This document shows, piece after piece, positions 28,444 through 38,159 of a stretch of 64,000 nt of DNA. Position 1 is the first letter of the stretch; every line of letters begins with the position of its first letter. The position numbers were made by a program, and so were the translations under genes. A model generated the notes under the pieces. It was not told the DNA's origin, made no database searches, and was given only the letters and a program-made list of their open reading frames with translations. The stretch is from Myxococcota bacterium (GTDB taxonomy: Bacteria; Myxococcota_A; UBA796; CAJQPC01): the NCBI GenBank assembly GCA_036229005.1, contig JAZAMN010000059.1:115856-179855 (forward strand), read 5' to 3'.

Positions 28444-31400
28444 GTGCCCCTGTTGCTTGCCCTGGCTTGTGCCACAGATCCCCAGGTGGAGACCGTCGCT
28501 GGAGAGGGCCTCGCCTTCTGCCTGGGCGATGACACCGTCCTGGTCCAGGCCACCCACCCCATGCTGGCCCCCCTGGCCGTCGGGCTGCTGGATGAGCCCA
28601 GCCTGGCCTCGCCGACGCTGAGGTTGCGACACAGTGGCGGGGTCTGCGATGGGTGCCGAGGTACGGGCGATGCGCGCAGCGTGCCCCTCAACCGCCTCTC
28701 CTGGCTTGGACCCGAGACCATCGAGATCAGCCTGGACGCCGGCCAGGCGCTGGAGCCGGGGGTGTGGGACCTGGAGATCACCAGCCCCGAGGGGGAGGAG
28801 GGTCTGATCAGCGGGCTCTTCCTGGTCCTGCCCCAGCCCGACACGGAGGGGCCCACCCCCTCTTCCGTCTGCTACCAGGCGGACACCCAGGAGCTCACGT
28901 TCGCCGGCGAGGGACTGCTGAGCTGGAACGACACCCTCCCCATCGCGGAGCTGGTGACCGGAGAGCAGGCCCTCTCGGCCCTGGAGGACTGCGAGCCCCT
29001 GGCCCTGGACCACCCCGGCCAGGTCTGCGAGACCGCCCTGCTGGACATCGCGCCCAGCGCCATGGCCATCGGACACCAGAGCGTGTTCCTGTGGAACCCG
29101 GCGCCCGCGGACTGTGAGGGCTCCGCCCCCGTCGAGCTGGAGATCGTGTCCGCCCCCACCGTGGACGAGGTCAGCCCCGAGGCCGTCTGCACCGGCGGTG
29201 GCACCGTGACCCTGACCGGGCGCGGGCTGGTGGAGGGCACCCAGGTGTTCGCCGGCGAGCAGGAGCTGGACACCACCTGGATCTCCGAGGCCGCGGTCGA
29301 GGTCGACACCACGCCGCTCTCGGTGGGCAGCTACGACCTGAGCGTGGTGATCCCCGGGGGCTGCGGCGCCGAGCTGAGCAGCGCCCTGCAGGTGAGCGAG
29401 ACGCCGCTGGTGTTCTACGTCGACCCGCCGGTGATCCACCCCAACGTGGAGACCACCCTGACGGCCTACGTGGCCGACCTCTCCGGCCAAGTCCAGGAGG
29501 CCTGGATCACCGACAGCGACGGCGTGCGCACCGAGGTCGACTGGCGCTGGGACGCGAGCGACGCCGGGCGCCTCTACTTCACGCCCCCCGCCTACATGGC
29601 CAACGGGGAGTACAGCCTGCATCTGGTGCAGGACGGCTCCTGCGAAGGCGAGTTCACCGGCAGCTTCCGCATGCGCCGCTACTCCCCCATCGAGCTGGAC
29701 CGCCTGGACCCGGCCTTTGCGTGGACCTTCTCGCGCAGCCCAGTGGAAATCTACGCCCTGGAGAGCGGCGAGCCCTTCCAGGCCACCCCCCGGGTCTACC
29801 TGATGGGCCCCGATCGGGAGGCGGGCACCTACCCCCTGCTGGGTGTGCGCATGGAGGACGACTTCCTGCTGCGCGCGACGGTCCCCGAGAGCCTGCCGGT
29901 GGGCACCTACAGCCTGCTCGTGCTCAACCCCGACGAGTCGATGGGCCTGATGGAGGACGCCCTGGAGGTCAGCGGCCAGGCCCCCCCCACCATCGAGGCC
30001 GTCACCCCCAGCTCCCTGGACAAGTCCAACCCGGAGCTGGTGGAGATCCTGGGCCGCGATTTCCGCGACGCAACGGTCACCCTGAGCTGCGATGACGGAG
30101 GCGGCCCGGAGGAGGTCAGCACCACGGTGGTCAGCGAGACCTACGGCCTGCTGGAGATCCAGGTCCCGTCCACCGGCTACAACGGCGCGGTCTGCACGGT
30201 CCAGGTGGTCAACGCGGACGGCTCCGCGGCGGTCTTCTCGGCCATCTCGGTGCGCAACCCCAGCCAGAACCTCTTCCCCTGGAGCGCCGGCCCCGACATG
30301 GTGGAGGCCCGCCGCTCCCCCGCGACGGACGCCGCCCGCCTGGACTCGGTGACCCGCTACCTGCTGGCCGCGGGAGGCGACGGCGGAGACACCAGCACCG
30401 CGATGGACAGCATCGAGGTCGCGGACATCGGCGTCTACGGCGAGCTGGGCACCTGGACCCTGCTGGACCAGACCCTGCCCGGCCCCCGCAGCGGCGCGAC
30501 CCTGATCAGCCTGCACCCCTACGTGTACGTCATCGGCGGGCACGACGGGACCAGCGCCACCGACACCCTGTACCGGGCCGAGGTGCTGGACCCCAACGAC
30601 GCCCCGCTGATCGAGTCCGTGAACATGGCCCGCAAGTCCACGGGGCTGGAGCCGGGCACCTGGCGCTACCGCGTGTCGGCGGTGTTCCCCGCCTACGACT
30701 ACAGCAACCCCAAGGGCGAGGGCCTGCCCAGCGAGCCCCTGATCCTGGTGCTCCCCGAGGTCTCCGGCGGCGTGCTCCGCCCCACCCTGAACTGGACCAG
30801 CGTGGACGGCGCCGTGCGCTACCGGGTCTACCGCAGCCCCAGCGCGGACGCGGCCCAGGGCAGCGAGGAGCTGGTCGCCGAGGTGAGCACCACCAGCTTC
30901 ACCGACACCGGCCTGGAGACGGACCCCAGCGTGCTCCCCTTGGTGCCCGGCTCCCTGGGCGAGTGGAAGGAGCTGAACAGCCTCAAGACGGCCCGCGCCT
31001 TCCACTGCAGCACCCTGGCCTACGACCCCGAGACCGACCCCGAGAACGCCTACCTCTACGTGGGCGGCGGGCTGGACGCGGACGACAACCCGCTGGACAG
31101 CGTCGAGTACCTCAAGGTGCGCATCGAGGGCCCCAAGACCCAGACCACGGGCGCCTGGAAGGTCAGCGCGAACACCCTGGACACGGCCCGCTACGGCTGC
31201 GCCGCCTACACCATCGACGCCGAGAACCACTCGGTCGTCGAGCTGGACGAGTCCTGGGTGGTGTTCGCCGGCGGCATGACCAAGACCAAGGCCACCGGTG
31301 AGGCCCAGGCCGGGCTGGTCGGCAACGGCGGCGAGCTCGACGACTGGCAGTCCATCCAGAGCATCAGCCCCGCCCGCGCCGGCATGGGCTCCGCGAGCGC

Positions 31401-31632
31401 CAACGACAGCCTCTACGCCTTCGGCGGCCAGAAGGGCGAGCCCAACGGGACCTCGACCTCCGCGGCCCTCACCGTGGCGCCGGACCTGGCCAACTGGAAC
31501 AGCCTGAGCACCTCCCTGCTGAGCCCCCGCGTGTGGGTGGGCTCGGCCCAGGAGAGCGCCGTCATCCTGATCGTCGGCGGAGAGACCAACGACGAGGCCG
31601 CCACCAGGAGCACCGAATGGACCAACTACTGA
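28444..31632 (+). CDS. Large surface lipoprotein with IPT/TIG (Ig-like) and Kelch-like repeats
   Basis: MPLLLALAC; PTVDEVSP..TLTGRG, PTIEAVTP; YVYVIGG, YLYVGGG, LYAFGG, LIVGG. Confidence 0.8.
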   Translation: MPLLLALACATDPQVETVAGEGLAFCLGDDTVLVQATHPMLAPLAVGLLDEPSLASPTLRLRHSGGVCDGCRGTGDARSVPLNRLSWLGPETIEISLDAGQALEPGVWDLEITSPEGEEGLISGLFLVLPQPDTEGPTPSSVCYQADTQELTFAGEGLLSWNDTLPIAELVTGEQALSALEDCEPLALDHPGQVCETALLDIAPSAMAIGHQSVFLWNPAPADCEGSAPVELEIVSAPTVDEVSPEAVCTGGGTVTLTGRGLVEGTQVFAGEQELDTTWISEAAVEVDTTPLSVGSYDLSVVIPGGCGAELSSALQVSETPLVFYVDPPVIHPNVETTLTAYVADLSGQVQEAWITDSDGVRTEVDWRWDASDAGRLYFTPPAYMANGEYSLHLVQDGSCEGEFTGSFRMRRYSPIELDRLDPAFAWTFSRSPVEIYALESGEPFQATPRVYLMGPDREAGTYPLLGVRMEDDFLLRATVPESLPVGTYSLLVLNPDESMGLMEDALEVSGQAPPTIEAVTPSSLDKSNPELVEILGRDFRDATVTLSCDDGGGPEEVSTTVVSETYGLLEIQVPSTGYNGAVCTVQVVNADGSAAVFSAISVRNPSQNLFPWSAGPDMVEARRSPATDAARLDSVTRYLLAAGGDGGDTSTAMDSIEVADIGVYGELGTWTLLDQTLPGPRSGATLISLHPYVYVIGGHDGTSATDTLYRAEVLDPNDAPLIESVNMARKSTGLEPGTWRYRVSAVFPAYDYSNPKGEGLPSEPLILVLPEVSGGVLRPTLNWTSVDGAVRYRVYRSPSADAAQGSEELVAEVSTTSFTDTGLETDPSVLPLVPGSLGEWKELNSLKTARAFHCSTLAYDPETDPENAYLYVGGGLDADDNPLDSVEYLKVRIEGPKTQTTGAWKVSANTLDTARYGCAAYTIDAENHSVVELDESWVVFAGGMTKTKATGEAQAGLVGNGGELDDWQSIQSISPARAGMGSASANDSLYAFGGQKGEPNGTSTSAALTVAPDLANWNSLSTSLLSPRVWVGSAQESAVILIVGGETNDEAATRSTEWTNY

Positions 31633-32360
31633 TGCCTCTGGGACTGCTGGCCCACCTCTTGGGCCCGGTGGTGGCCCAGGACACCGAAACACCCCCGCCC
31701 ACCAGCGAGGACACCCCGGCGCCGACCGAGCCCGAAGCCGCCGAATCGGATGCCGCCGAGGAGGATCTGGAGGCCGACGACTGGACCCCCGATCAGGCCA
31801 AGGCCCCGCCCCCCGAGCTGCCCTGGCGCAGCCTCTCCGCGGGCGGAACCCTCGGCCTGGCCATCCCGCGCAGCGGCCTGGAGGCCGGCCCCGCGCTGGC
31901 CCTGGAGGCCCGCTGGCGCCCCGAGGCGCTCCAGGGCCGCGTCCAGCCCACCCTGGCGCTGTCCCGCGCCTCCGTGAGCACCAGCGGCACCCTGGAGGAC
32001 GACGCCTTCTCCACCGCCTACCGCTGGAGCCTCTCGCAGGCCCAGCTCGCGCTCCAGCCCGGCGTCACCCTGCGCGTGCTGGCACCCGCTGAGCGCGCCC
32101 AGCCCGAGCTGCGCCTGGCCCCCAGCCTGGTGCGCACGCGGTCCACGCTCCAGGGCCAGCTCGAGGGCCAGACCCCGCCGGTGCGCGAGACCCTGTGGTC
32201 CGTGGGCTGGGTGGCCTCGCCTGGCCTCGCTGTCGCGCTCCCCGCTGGGGAGCTGATGATGCACCTGGAGGTCCAGAGGGTGAGCCAAGCCGGCGCGCTC
32301 ACCGGCGCAGCCCCTGGCCTCCAGCTCTCCCCCACCCTCGGCTACCAGCAGCTCTTCTGA
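31632..32360 (+). CDS. Putative outer-membrane beta-barrel protein with acidic N-terminal linker
   Basis: TGATG overlap with the previous gene; amphipathic strands; C-terminal LGYQQLF. Confidence 0.65.
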   Translation: MPLGLLAHLLGPVVAQDTETPPPTSEDTPAPTEPEAAESDAAEEDLEADDWTPDQAKAPPPELPWRSLSAGGTLGLAIPRSGLEAGPALALEARWRPEALQGRVQPTLALSRASVSTSGTLEDDAFSTAYRWSLSQAQLALQPGVTLRVLAPAERAQPELRLAPSLVRTRSTLQGQLEGQTPPVRETLWSVGWVASPGLAVALPAGELMMHLEVQRVSQAGALTGAAPGLQLSPTLGYQQLF

Positions 32361-32371
32361 GAGGATCCCCC

Positions 32372-33886
32372 ATGTTCTTGATGCTGCTCGCGTGCTCGGA
32401 TCACGGGCTGAACATCCAGACCGACGACCCCTGGGCCGGTGACCCCGCGATCGAGGTGACGCCCCCCACCCTGGACTTCCTGACCCAGGACCTGGGCGAG
32501 GTGACCGAGCGGGAGGTCGAGGCCTTCTCGGTGGGCGTCGGGGTGCTCTCCATCCAGGGCCTGCGCATCGAAGGTGACGAGGGCTTCTCCGTGGACGAGG
32601 AGACCTACGCCGACCTGCTGCCCGGCGAGTCCCTGCAGATCCCGGTTTCCTTCACGCCGTCCATGCCCGGCCCCCACTCCGCCACCCTGTTCGTCCTCAG
32701 CGACGACCCCGAGCGCCCCGAGGTGGAGGTCGCCCTGAGCGGGGACGGCCTGACCCCCTGGCTGGTGGTCACCCCCAGCAGCCACGACTACGGCGAGGAG
32801 CTGCTGGGCTGCCCCATGTCCGAGACCCTGGTCGTCCAGAACGTGGGCAACGCGGACCTGGAGCTCAGCGCCATCGAGACCCTCTCCAGCGAGGCCTTCA
32901 CCGTGGTCGAGCTGCCCGAGCTCCCCACCACCCTCACCCCCGGGGCCTGGCTGGAGCTGCCCGTGCAGTGGGAGCCCAGCACCATCGGCAGCGAGTCCGG
33001 CGGCCAGCGCTTCGTCTCCAACGACCCCCGCGGAGACCTGCAGGTCACGCAACAGGGGGTGGGGCTGGCCACCGACACGGCCACGGACAGCTTCACGATC
33101 ACCGGGGATCCCCCCGTCGACATCGTGTTCGCGGTGGACCAGTCGGGGTCCATGGACAACGACGCGGCCTCCCTGGCGCTGAACTTCGAGGGCCTGATCA
33201 CCACCCTGGAGGGGGTGACCAACAACTGGCACATCGGCGTGGTGACCTACGACGACGGCTGCTTCAACCACGGGGTGCTCAGCGCCGACACCGAGAACCT
33301 GGGCGGCCTGTTCGCCGAGGCCGTCACCATGGGCACCGACCGCGAGGTCCAGGATGACGAGGCCCTGTTCAAGCTCCTGGACCGCGCCCTGCTCCAGCTC
33401 GAAGGCTGCAACGCCGGCTTCCGCCGGGAGGGCGCGCTCTTCCACACGGTCTTTGTCAGCGACGAGCCCGAGCGCTCCAGCGAGCAGGCCTCCGCGTGGA
33501 CCTGGGAGTACTTCCACGAGCGCTACACCGCCGTGGTCCCCGACTCCCTGTTGATGGTCAGCGGGGTGATCGACGCCGACGACTGCAACGAGGGCGACGA
33601 CGGCTACGCCGAGATGATCGCCGAGACCTCGGGCCTGAGCATGAGCATCTGCTCCCCCGACTGGTCGGCCTACGCCGAGGACATCGCCAACGCCAGCCTC
33701 ACCCACCGCTGGACCTTCACCCTGTCGCAGGACGCGGCCGCCGGCACGATCGTGGTGCTGGTGGACGGGGTGGAGACGAGCGCCTGGAGCTACGACGCCG
33801 CCCAGAACGCGGTGCTGCTGGAGGAGGGCCGCGACGGCCAGAGCGTCGAGGTCCAGTACTCCGTGCAGACCGAGTGCCTGAACTGA
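32372..33886 (+). CDS. Lipoprotein with two ASH/choice-of-anchor-D-like Ig domains and a vWA domain
   Basis: MFLMLLAC; IEVTP..LDF, SDDP, NVGNADL, SNDP; DIVFAVDQSGSM MIDAS, VSDE. Confidence 0.82.
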   Translation: MFLMLLACSDHGLNIQTDDPWAGDPAIEVTPPTLDFLTQDLGEVTEREVEAFSVGVGVLSIQGLRIEGDEGFSVDEETYADLLPGESLQIPVSFTPSMPGPHSATLFVLSDDPERPEVEVALSGDGLTPWLVVTPSSHDYGEELLGCPMSETLVVQNVGNADLELSAIETLSSEAFTVVELPELPTTLTPGAWLELPVQWEPSTIGSESGGQRFVSNDPRGDLQVTQQGVGLATDTATDSFTITGDPPVDIVFAVDQSGSMDNDAASLALNFEGLITTLEGVTNNWHIGVVTYDDGCFNHGVLSADTENLGGLFAEAVTMGTDREVQDDEALFKLLDRALLQLEGCNAGFRREGALFHTVFVSDEPERSSEQASAWTWEYFHERYTAVVPDSLLMVSGVIDADDCNEGDDGYAEMIAETSGLSMSICSPDWSAYAEDIANASLTHRWTFTLSQDAAAGTIVVLVDGVETSAWSYDAAQNAVLLEEGRDGQSVEVQYSVQTECLN

Positions 33887-33895
33887 GCGCGGTGC

Positions 33896-34234
33896 TCAGT
33901 CCTCCGGGAGCATCTTCACCCGGGTGACCTCGCGCTCGGGGAAGCAGGCGTCCTCGGGCGCAGCGACCTCGACCGTCTCGACGGTGCGGTTCCAGCCGGG
34001 GCCACCCAGGAACACCTTGTAGGCCCCTGGCTGACCGCTGCCGCACTCCCAGTACTCCTCGCCCAGGACGCACGCGGTGGTGACGGGGGGATCGAGCTCC
34101 GCGGGGGAGGACTCGATCTCGATCTCCTCGATGAAGGCGCCAGACTCGGTCACCGGCTCGATGTAGAAGCTCGGCGCGCCCGCGTCACAGTCGCCGACTT
34201 CGGCGCAGGCAAGGGCAAGGACAAAGAGCAACAT
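33896..34234 (-). CDS. Small hypothetical lipoprotein
   Basis: GGAGG SD; MLLFVLALAC. Confidence 0.7.
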   Translation of the reverse strand: MLLFVLALACAEVGDCDAGAPSFYIEPVTESGAFIEEIEIESSPAELDPPVTTACVLGEEYWECGSGQPGAYKVFLGGPGWNRTVETVEVAAPEDACFPEREVTRVKMLPED

Positions 34235-34382
34235 CAGGAGACCTCCGGTGCCGATTCCCCTATTTGCACGGCTGCTCCAGGACAAGGGCCGCACCTCTGG
34301 AACTCCTGCGGCCCCTCCGCGCCATCGTCCCGTCACACTCCGATCCTAAACAGCAGCCATTCACCCGGAGTGGTTCATTTCC

Positions 34383-35495
34383 GTGAACGCGCCCGTCCCA
34401 GTACCTGACGCCCCTTCCACCGAAGGGTCCGCCCCAATCCGTGTCTTCATCGAGCTGATCCGCAAGGAGAGCGTCTTCCTGGCGCTGCTCCTGCTGGGCT
34501 TCGTGGTGACCGCGCTGACCTACCAGACCCCCCACATCGCCATGTGGGTGGGCTTCGGTATCGCGGCCTACTCCGCGGTGGCCAACGACTCGATCCAGAC
34601 CCTGGGCACCTTCATCGCGTCCAACAAGGACAAGCCCTGGTGGGTGCTCTGGCTCTTCATGGGCGGCATCTTCCTGGCGACCGCCGCCTACTCGTGGATC
34701 AACTACGGCGGCGACGTCTCCTACGGCCGCCTGGCCTCCAAGGGCTTCGAGACCGCCCCCACCGAGTTCCAGTACCTGCAGGTGGCCGCGCCCCTGTTCC
34801 TGCTGATCCTCACCCGCCTCAAGATGCCGGTGTCCACCACCTTCCTGCTGCTGAGCTGCTTCGCCGCCAGCGGCAAGAGCATCTGGGCCGTCACCGGCAA
34901 GAGCCTCACCGGCTACGCCATCGCCTTTGTCGTCGCCATCGTCATCTGGATGACCCTGGGTCGCCTGATGCAGCGCAAGTTCACGGGAGAGGCGCACAAG
35001 GGCTGGACCGTCGGCCAGTGGGTGATCTCCGGCGCGCTGTGGTCCGTCTGGCTGCAGCAGGACGCCGCCAACGTGGCCGTCTACCTGCCCCGCAGCCTGG
35101 GCGTCGCCGAGTTCGTGGCCTTCGCCGCGTTCATCTTCGCGGGCCTGGGCCTGCTCTTCTGGCAGGGCGGCGAGCGCATCCAGGAGGTCGTGGACGAGAA
35201 GTCCAACGTGGTGGACGTCCGCGCCGCCACGATCATCGACCTCATCTACGCCATCATCCTCTACGTGTTCAAGGTCCAGTCCGACATCCCCATGAGCACC
35301 ACCTGGGTGTTCGTCGGCCTGCTGGCCGGCCGTGAGCTGGGCATGAGCATCGTCAAGGCCCACGACCGCAGCCTCAAGAAGGCCTTCAAGATGATGGGCA
35401 AGGACCTGCGGAACGTGGCGATCGGCTTCGTCATCAGCCTGATCCTGGCCAGCGTCATCAACCCGACGATTCGGGAGGCCCTGCTGGGTCGGTGA
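34383..35495 (+). CDS. Multi-pass membrane protein, PiT (inorganic phosphate transporter)-like
   Basis: About 10 TM segments; internal repeat motifs VANDSIQ/QDAAN and PVSTT/PMSTT. Confidence 0.72.
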   Translation: MNAPVPVPDAPSTEGSAPIRVFIELIRKESVFLALLLLGFVVTALTYQTPHIAMWVGFGIAAYSAVANDSIQTLGTFIASNKDKPWWVLWLFMGGIFLATAAYSWINYGGDVSYGRLASKGFETAPTEFQYLQVAAPLFLLILTRLKMPVSTTFLLLSCFAASGKSIWAVTGKSLTGYAIAFVVAIVIWMTLGRLMQRKFTGEAHKGWTVGQWVISGALWSVWLQQDAANVAVYLPRSLGVAEFVAFAAFIFAGLGLLFWQGGERIQEVVDEKSNVVDVRAATIIDLIYAIILYVFKVQSDIPMSTTWVFVGLLAGRELGMSIVKAHDRSLKKAFKMMGKDLRNVAIGFVISLILASVINPTIREALLGR

Positions 35496-36006
35496 GCGTC
35501 CCCTGGAGCGCGACCAGCTCCGGGTGCTCGGGGAAGCGAGCGAGTGCGTCCTGCAAGCGGGCTTCGGCCTGCACCGTCAGGCCCTGTTGGTGCAGCCGCT
35601 CAATCGCAATGGCCTCCTGTGTCGGCGAGGTCGGGCGAGGTCCAAGCAGCCGCTGCAGGCGCTTGAGCTCGCTGCGCTGCTTGCCGGTGGCGTCCAGAGC
35701 CTCCAGGGCCCTGCGCGCGAGCCTCCCCATTCCTCGCTTGTGGGCTTCTTCCACCACGACGACCAGGCCAAAGGGGTGGCCCGAGACGGTGTGGAGGATC
35801 TCCTGCTCACCCGCCAGCCGCTCCTCCCCCGACTCCATGCTGACCCGCTGGAGCAGCTTGCGGGCCTTCTTGGTGCGGCTGTTGCGGTAGAAGAAGGGGC
35901 CCAGGGCGATCAGGATGACCACCAGGAGCACCGACCCGCCCCAGTCGGGGAGCTGGACCCCCAGCACCCCCAGCACGGTGTTCAGGAGGTCGGTCAGGTA
36001 GCGCAC
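35458..36006 (-). CDS. Hypothetical membrane-anchored helical (TPR-like) protein
   Basis: Starts directly after the DAHP synthase stop; N-terminal TM; C-terminal ALARFPEHPEL. Confidence 0.65.
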   Translation of the reverse strand: MRYLTDLLNTVLGVLGVQLPDWGGSVLLVVILIALGPFFYRNSRTKKARKLLQRVSMESGEERLAGEQEILHTVSGHPFGLVVVVEEAHKRGMGRLARRALEALDATGKQRSELKRLQRLLGPRPTSPTQEAIAIERLHQQGLTVQAEARLQDALARFPEHPELVALQGTLTDPAGPPESSG

Positions 36007-37332
36007 TCAGCGCTCCTGGCGCAGCCGCTGCGCGATGAGGAAGGCGATCTCCAGGGCCTGCGCGTAGTTCAGGCGGGGGTCGCAGAAGGTCTCGTAGGCG
36101 TGGGAGAGGTGGTGGTCCGCGAGCCCCTGGGGGCCGCCCACGCACTCGGTGACGTCCTCGCCGGTCATCTCGAAGTGCACGCCACCCAGCACGCTGCCGC
36201 AGGCCTGGTGGGTGTCCATGACGGCCTTGAGCTCGCCCAGGATGTTGGCGACGTCGCGGGTCTTGAGGCCCTGCTCGGTGCTGCGGGTGTTGCCGTGCAT
36301 GGGGTCGCAGGACCAGGTCACGGTGAGCCCGGCGTCCTGGATGGCGCGGATGTGCCCGGGGAGCAGCTCGGCCACGCGGCCGGCGCCGTAGCGGGTGATC
36401 AGGGTGATGCGGCCTGGGATGTCGTCCGGGTTCAGCGCGCGCACGACCTGCACCAGCTCGTCGGGCTGCATGCTGGGCCCGCACTTGACGCCGATGGGGT
36501 TCTGGATGCCCCGGAAGTACTCGATGTGCGCGTGGTCGAGCTGGCGGGTGCGGTCGCCGATCCACAGGAAGTGGGCGCCCAGGTTGTAGTGCCCCTTGGG
36601 CGTCTGGACGGTCATGGCCTCCTCGTAGGGGAGCAGCAGGCCCTCGTGGGAGGTGAAGAACTGCACGCCCGACAGGGTGGACTGGGCGTCCGCGCCGACG
36701 GCCCCCATGAAGTCCACGGCCTCGCCGATGCGGGCCAGGATGTCCTCATAGGCGGCGCGCTTGTCCTGGGCCTGGACGAAGCCCAGATCCCAGTGCTCGG
36801 GCTGCCGCAGGTCCGCGAAGCCCCCATCCAGCAGCGCTCGCACGTAGTTCAGCGTGGTGGACGCGTGGAAGTAGGCCTGCACCAGGCGCTGGGGGTCCGG
36901 GGTGCGCTCGCTGGGGTCGTGGCCGTTGATGTGGTCGCCCCGGTAGGTGGGGATCTCCACACCGTCCACGATCTCGGTGGGCCGGGAGCGCGGCTTGGCG
37001 AACTGCCCGGCCATGCGCCCGATGCGCACCACGGGGATGCGGGCGCCCCAGGTCAGGACCACGCTCATCTGGAGCAGGATCTTGAGCTTGTTCTCGATGG
37101 CCTGCGCGTTCAGGTCGACGAAGCGCTCGGCGCAGTCGCCACCCTGGAGCACAAAGCACTCGCCGCGACCGGCGCGGGCGAGCTGCTCCCGGAGGGCGTC
37201 GACCTCTCCGGAGTGCACCAGGGGGGGCAGGGCCCGCAGGTGGTCCAAGGCCGCCTTCACGGCCTCGGGATCGTCATACTCGGGCTGCTGCCGGATGGGC
37301 AGGCCGCGCCAGCTTTGGGGGGTCCAGGTCAT
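36007..37332 (-). CDS. Class II 3-deoxy-D-arabino-heptulosonate 7-phosphate (DAHP) synthase
   Basis: LQGGDCAE, GRMAGQFAKPRS, YRGD..NG, WIGDRTRQ, CDPMHGNT, CDPRLN. Confidence 0.96.
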   Translation of the reverse strand: MTWTPQSWRGLPIRQQPEYDDPEAVKAALDHLRALPPLVHSGEVDALREQLARAGRGECFVLQGGDCAERFVDLNAQAIENKLKILLQMSVVLTWGARIPVVRIGRMAGQFAKPRSRPTEIVDGVEIPTYRGDHINGHDPSERTPDPQRLVQAYFHASTTLNYVRALLDGGFADLRQPEHWDLGFVQAQDKRAAYEDILARIGEAVDFMGAVGADAQSTLSGVQFFTSHEGLLLPYEEAMTVQTPKGHYNLGAHFLWIGDRTRQLDHAHIEYFRGIQNPIGVKCGPSMQPDELVQVVRALNPDDIPGRITLITRYGAGRVAELLPGHIRAIQDAGLTVTWSCDPMHGNTRSTEQGLKTRDVANILGELKAVMDTHQACGSVLGGVHFEMTGEDVTECVGGPQGLADHHLSHAYETFCDPRLNYAQALEIAFLIAQRLRQER

Positions 37333-37380
37333 GGGGCCTGAGCTAACCACCCAGAGCGGCTGCGTCCCGCCTCCGCCGCG

Positions 37381-38097
37381 CTACTGAGCGGCGCCCTCGG
37401 CGGCGGGAGGCTCACCAGCGGGAGCCGCCGGGGGGACCTCGCCGGCACCAGGAGCCTCACCAGCGGGGGGCTCACCACCAGCGGGAGGCGGTGGGGGCAT
37501 CTCGCCTCCAGGGGGCGGCGTCGCTCCCTCTCCTGCCGGCATCTCAGCGACCGGCGGCGCGGACTCGGAGCAGTCCAGCTTGACCGTGGTGTCGGCCTCC
37601 AGGGAGATGGGCATCGACTTGTTGGCGAAGAAGATGCCGGCCTCGGAGGGGATGTTGTCGTTGTCGGTGTCGACGAAGCCCAGGACCATGCCCGTGCCGC
37701 CCTTGGGGGCCATGAAGCTGAACTCGCCAGCCTTCTCGACCTTGGCGCCGGACAGGGGGCGCGGGGGCGGGCCCTCCTCGATCGCGCCCTCCTCTCCCTC
37801 GGGGGGCGGGGGGAAGAGGTGGATCACGTAGGGACCCTCGGCGTTCTCGCAGATGAGCTCGCCGGTGATGGTCACGTGGTCCAGGTCCTTGAGGGCCTCC
37901 TGGGTGAGCTCGATCTCGGGGTCGTAGGGCGGGGGCGCGCCGGGACCGTCCGCGGGGCCAGGCGTGGCGCCCTCGGGCGGCGGGGTGACGCCGTTGTTGT
38001 CGGGGTTCCCCATGGGGGTCCCACCGGCGCCGTTGTTCGCGCCGACCTCGGCGGGGGGCTCAGGGCAGCCCAGGAACAGGGCGAGTGCGATCAGCAT
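37381..38097 (-). CDS. Pro/Gly-rich hypothetical lipoprotein
   Basis: GGAGG SD; MLIALALFLGC; low-complexity PPP/GE termini flanking a beta domain. Confidence 0.75.
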   Translation of the reverse strand: MLIALALFLGCPEPPAEVGANNGAGGTPMGNPDNNGVTPPPEGATPGPADGPGAPPPYDPEIELTQEALKDLDHVTITGELICENAEGPYVIHLFPPPPEGEEGAIEEGPPPRPLSGAKVEKAGEFSFMAPKGGTGMVLGFVDTDNDNIPSEAGIFFANKSMPISLEADTTVKLDCSESAPPVAEMPAGEGATPPPGGEMPPPPPAGGEPPAGEAPGAGEVPPAAPAGEPPAAEGAAQ

Positions 38098-38159
38098 GAA
38101 GTCCTCCTGCGGGACAGACCCGCGATTGGGGGCACGATACCAAAGTCCAAAAGCGGCCC

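Noticed and set aside
28414..31692. 1092-aa minus-strand ORF (similarly 44438-47785, 25714-28329, 35524-37341, 51625-53106 and others)
   Set aside because: These are antisense shadows of real genes, expected from high-GC codon bias, and carry no recognisable motifs.
37400..37560. Short repeats (CTCACCAGCGGG)
   Set aside because: They encode the Pro/Ala/Gly/Glu-rich tail of the lipoprotein and are not an independent element.
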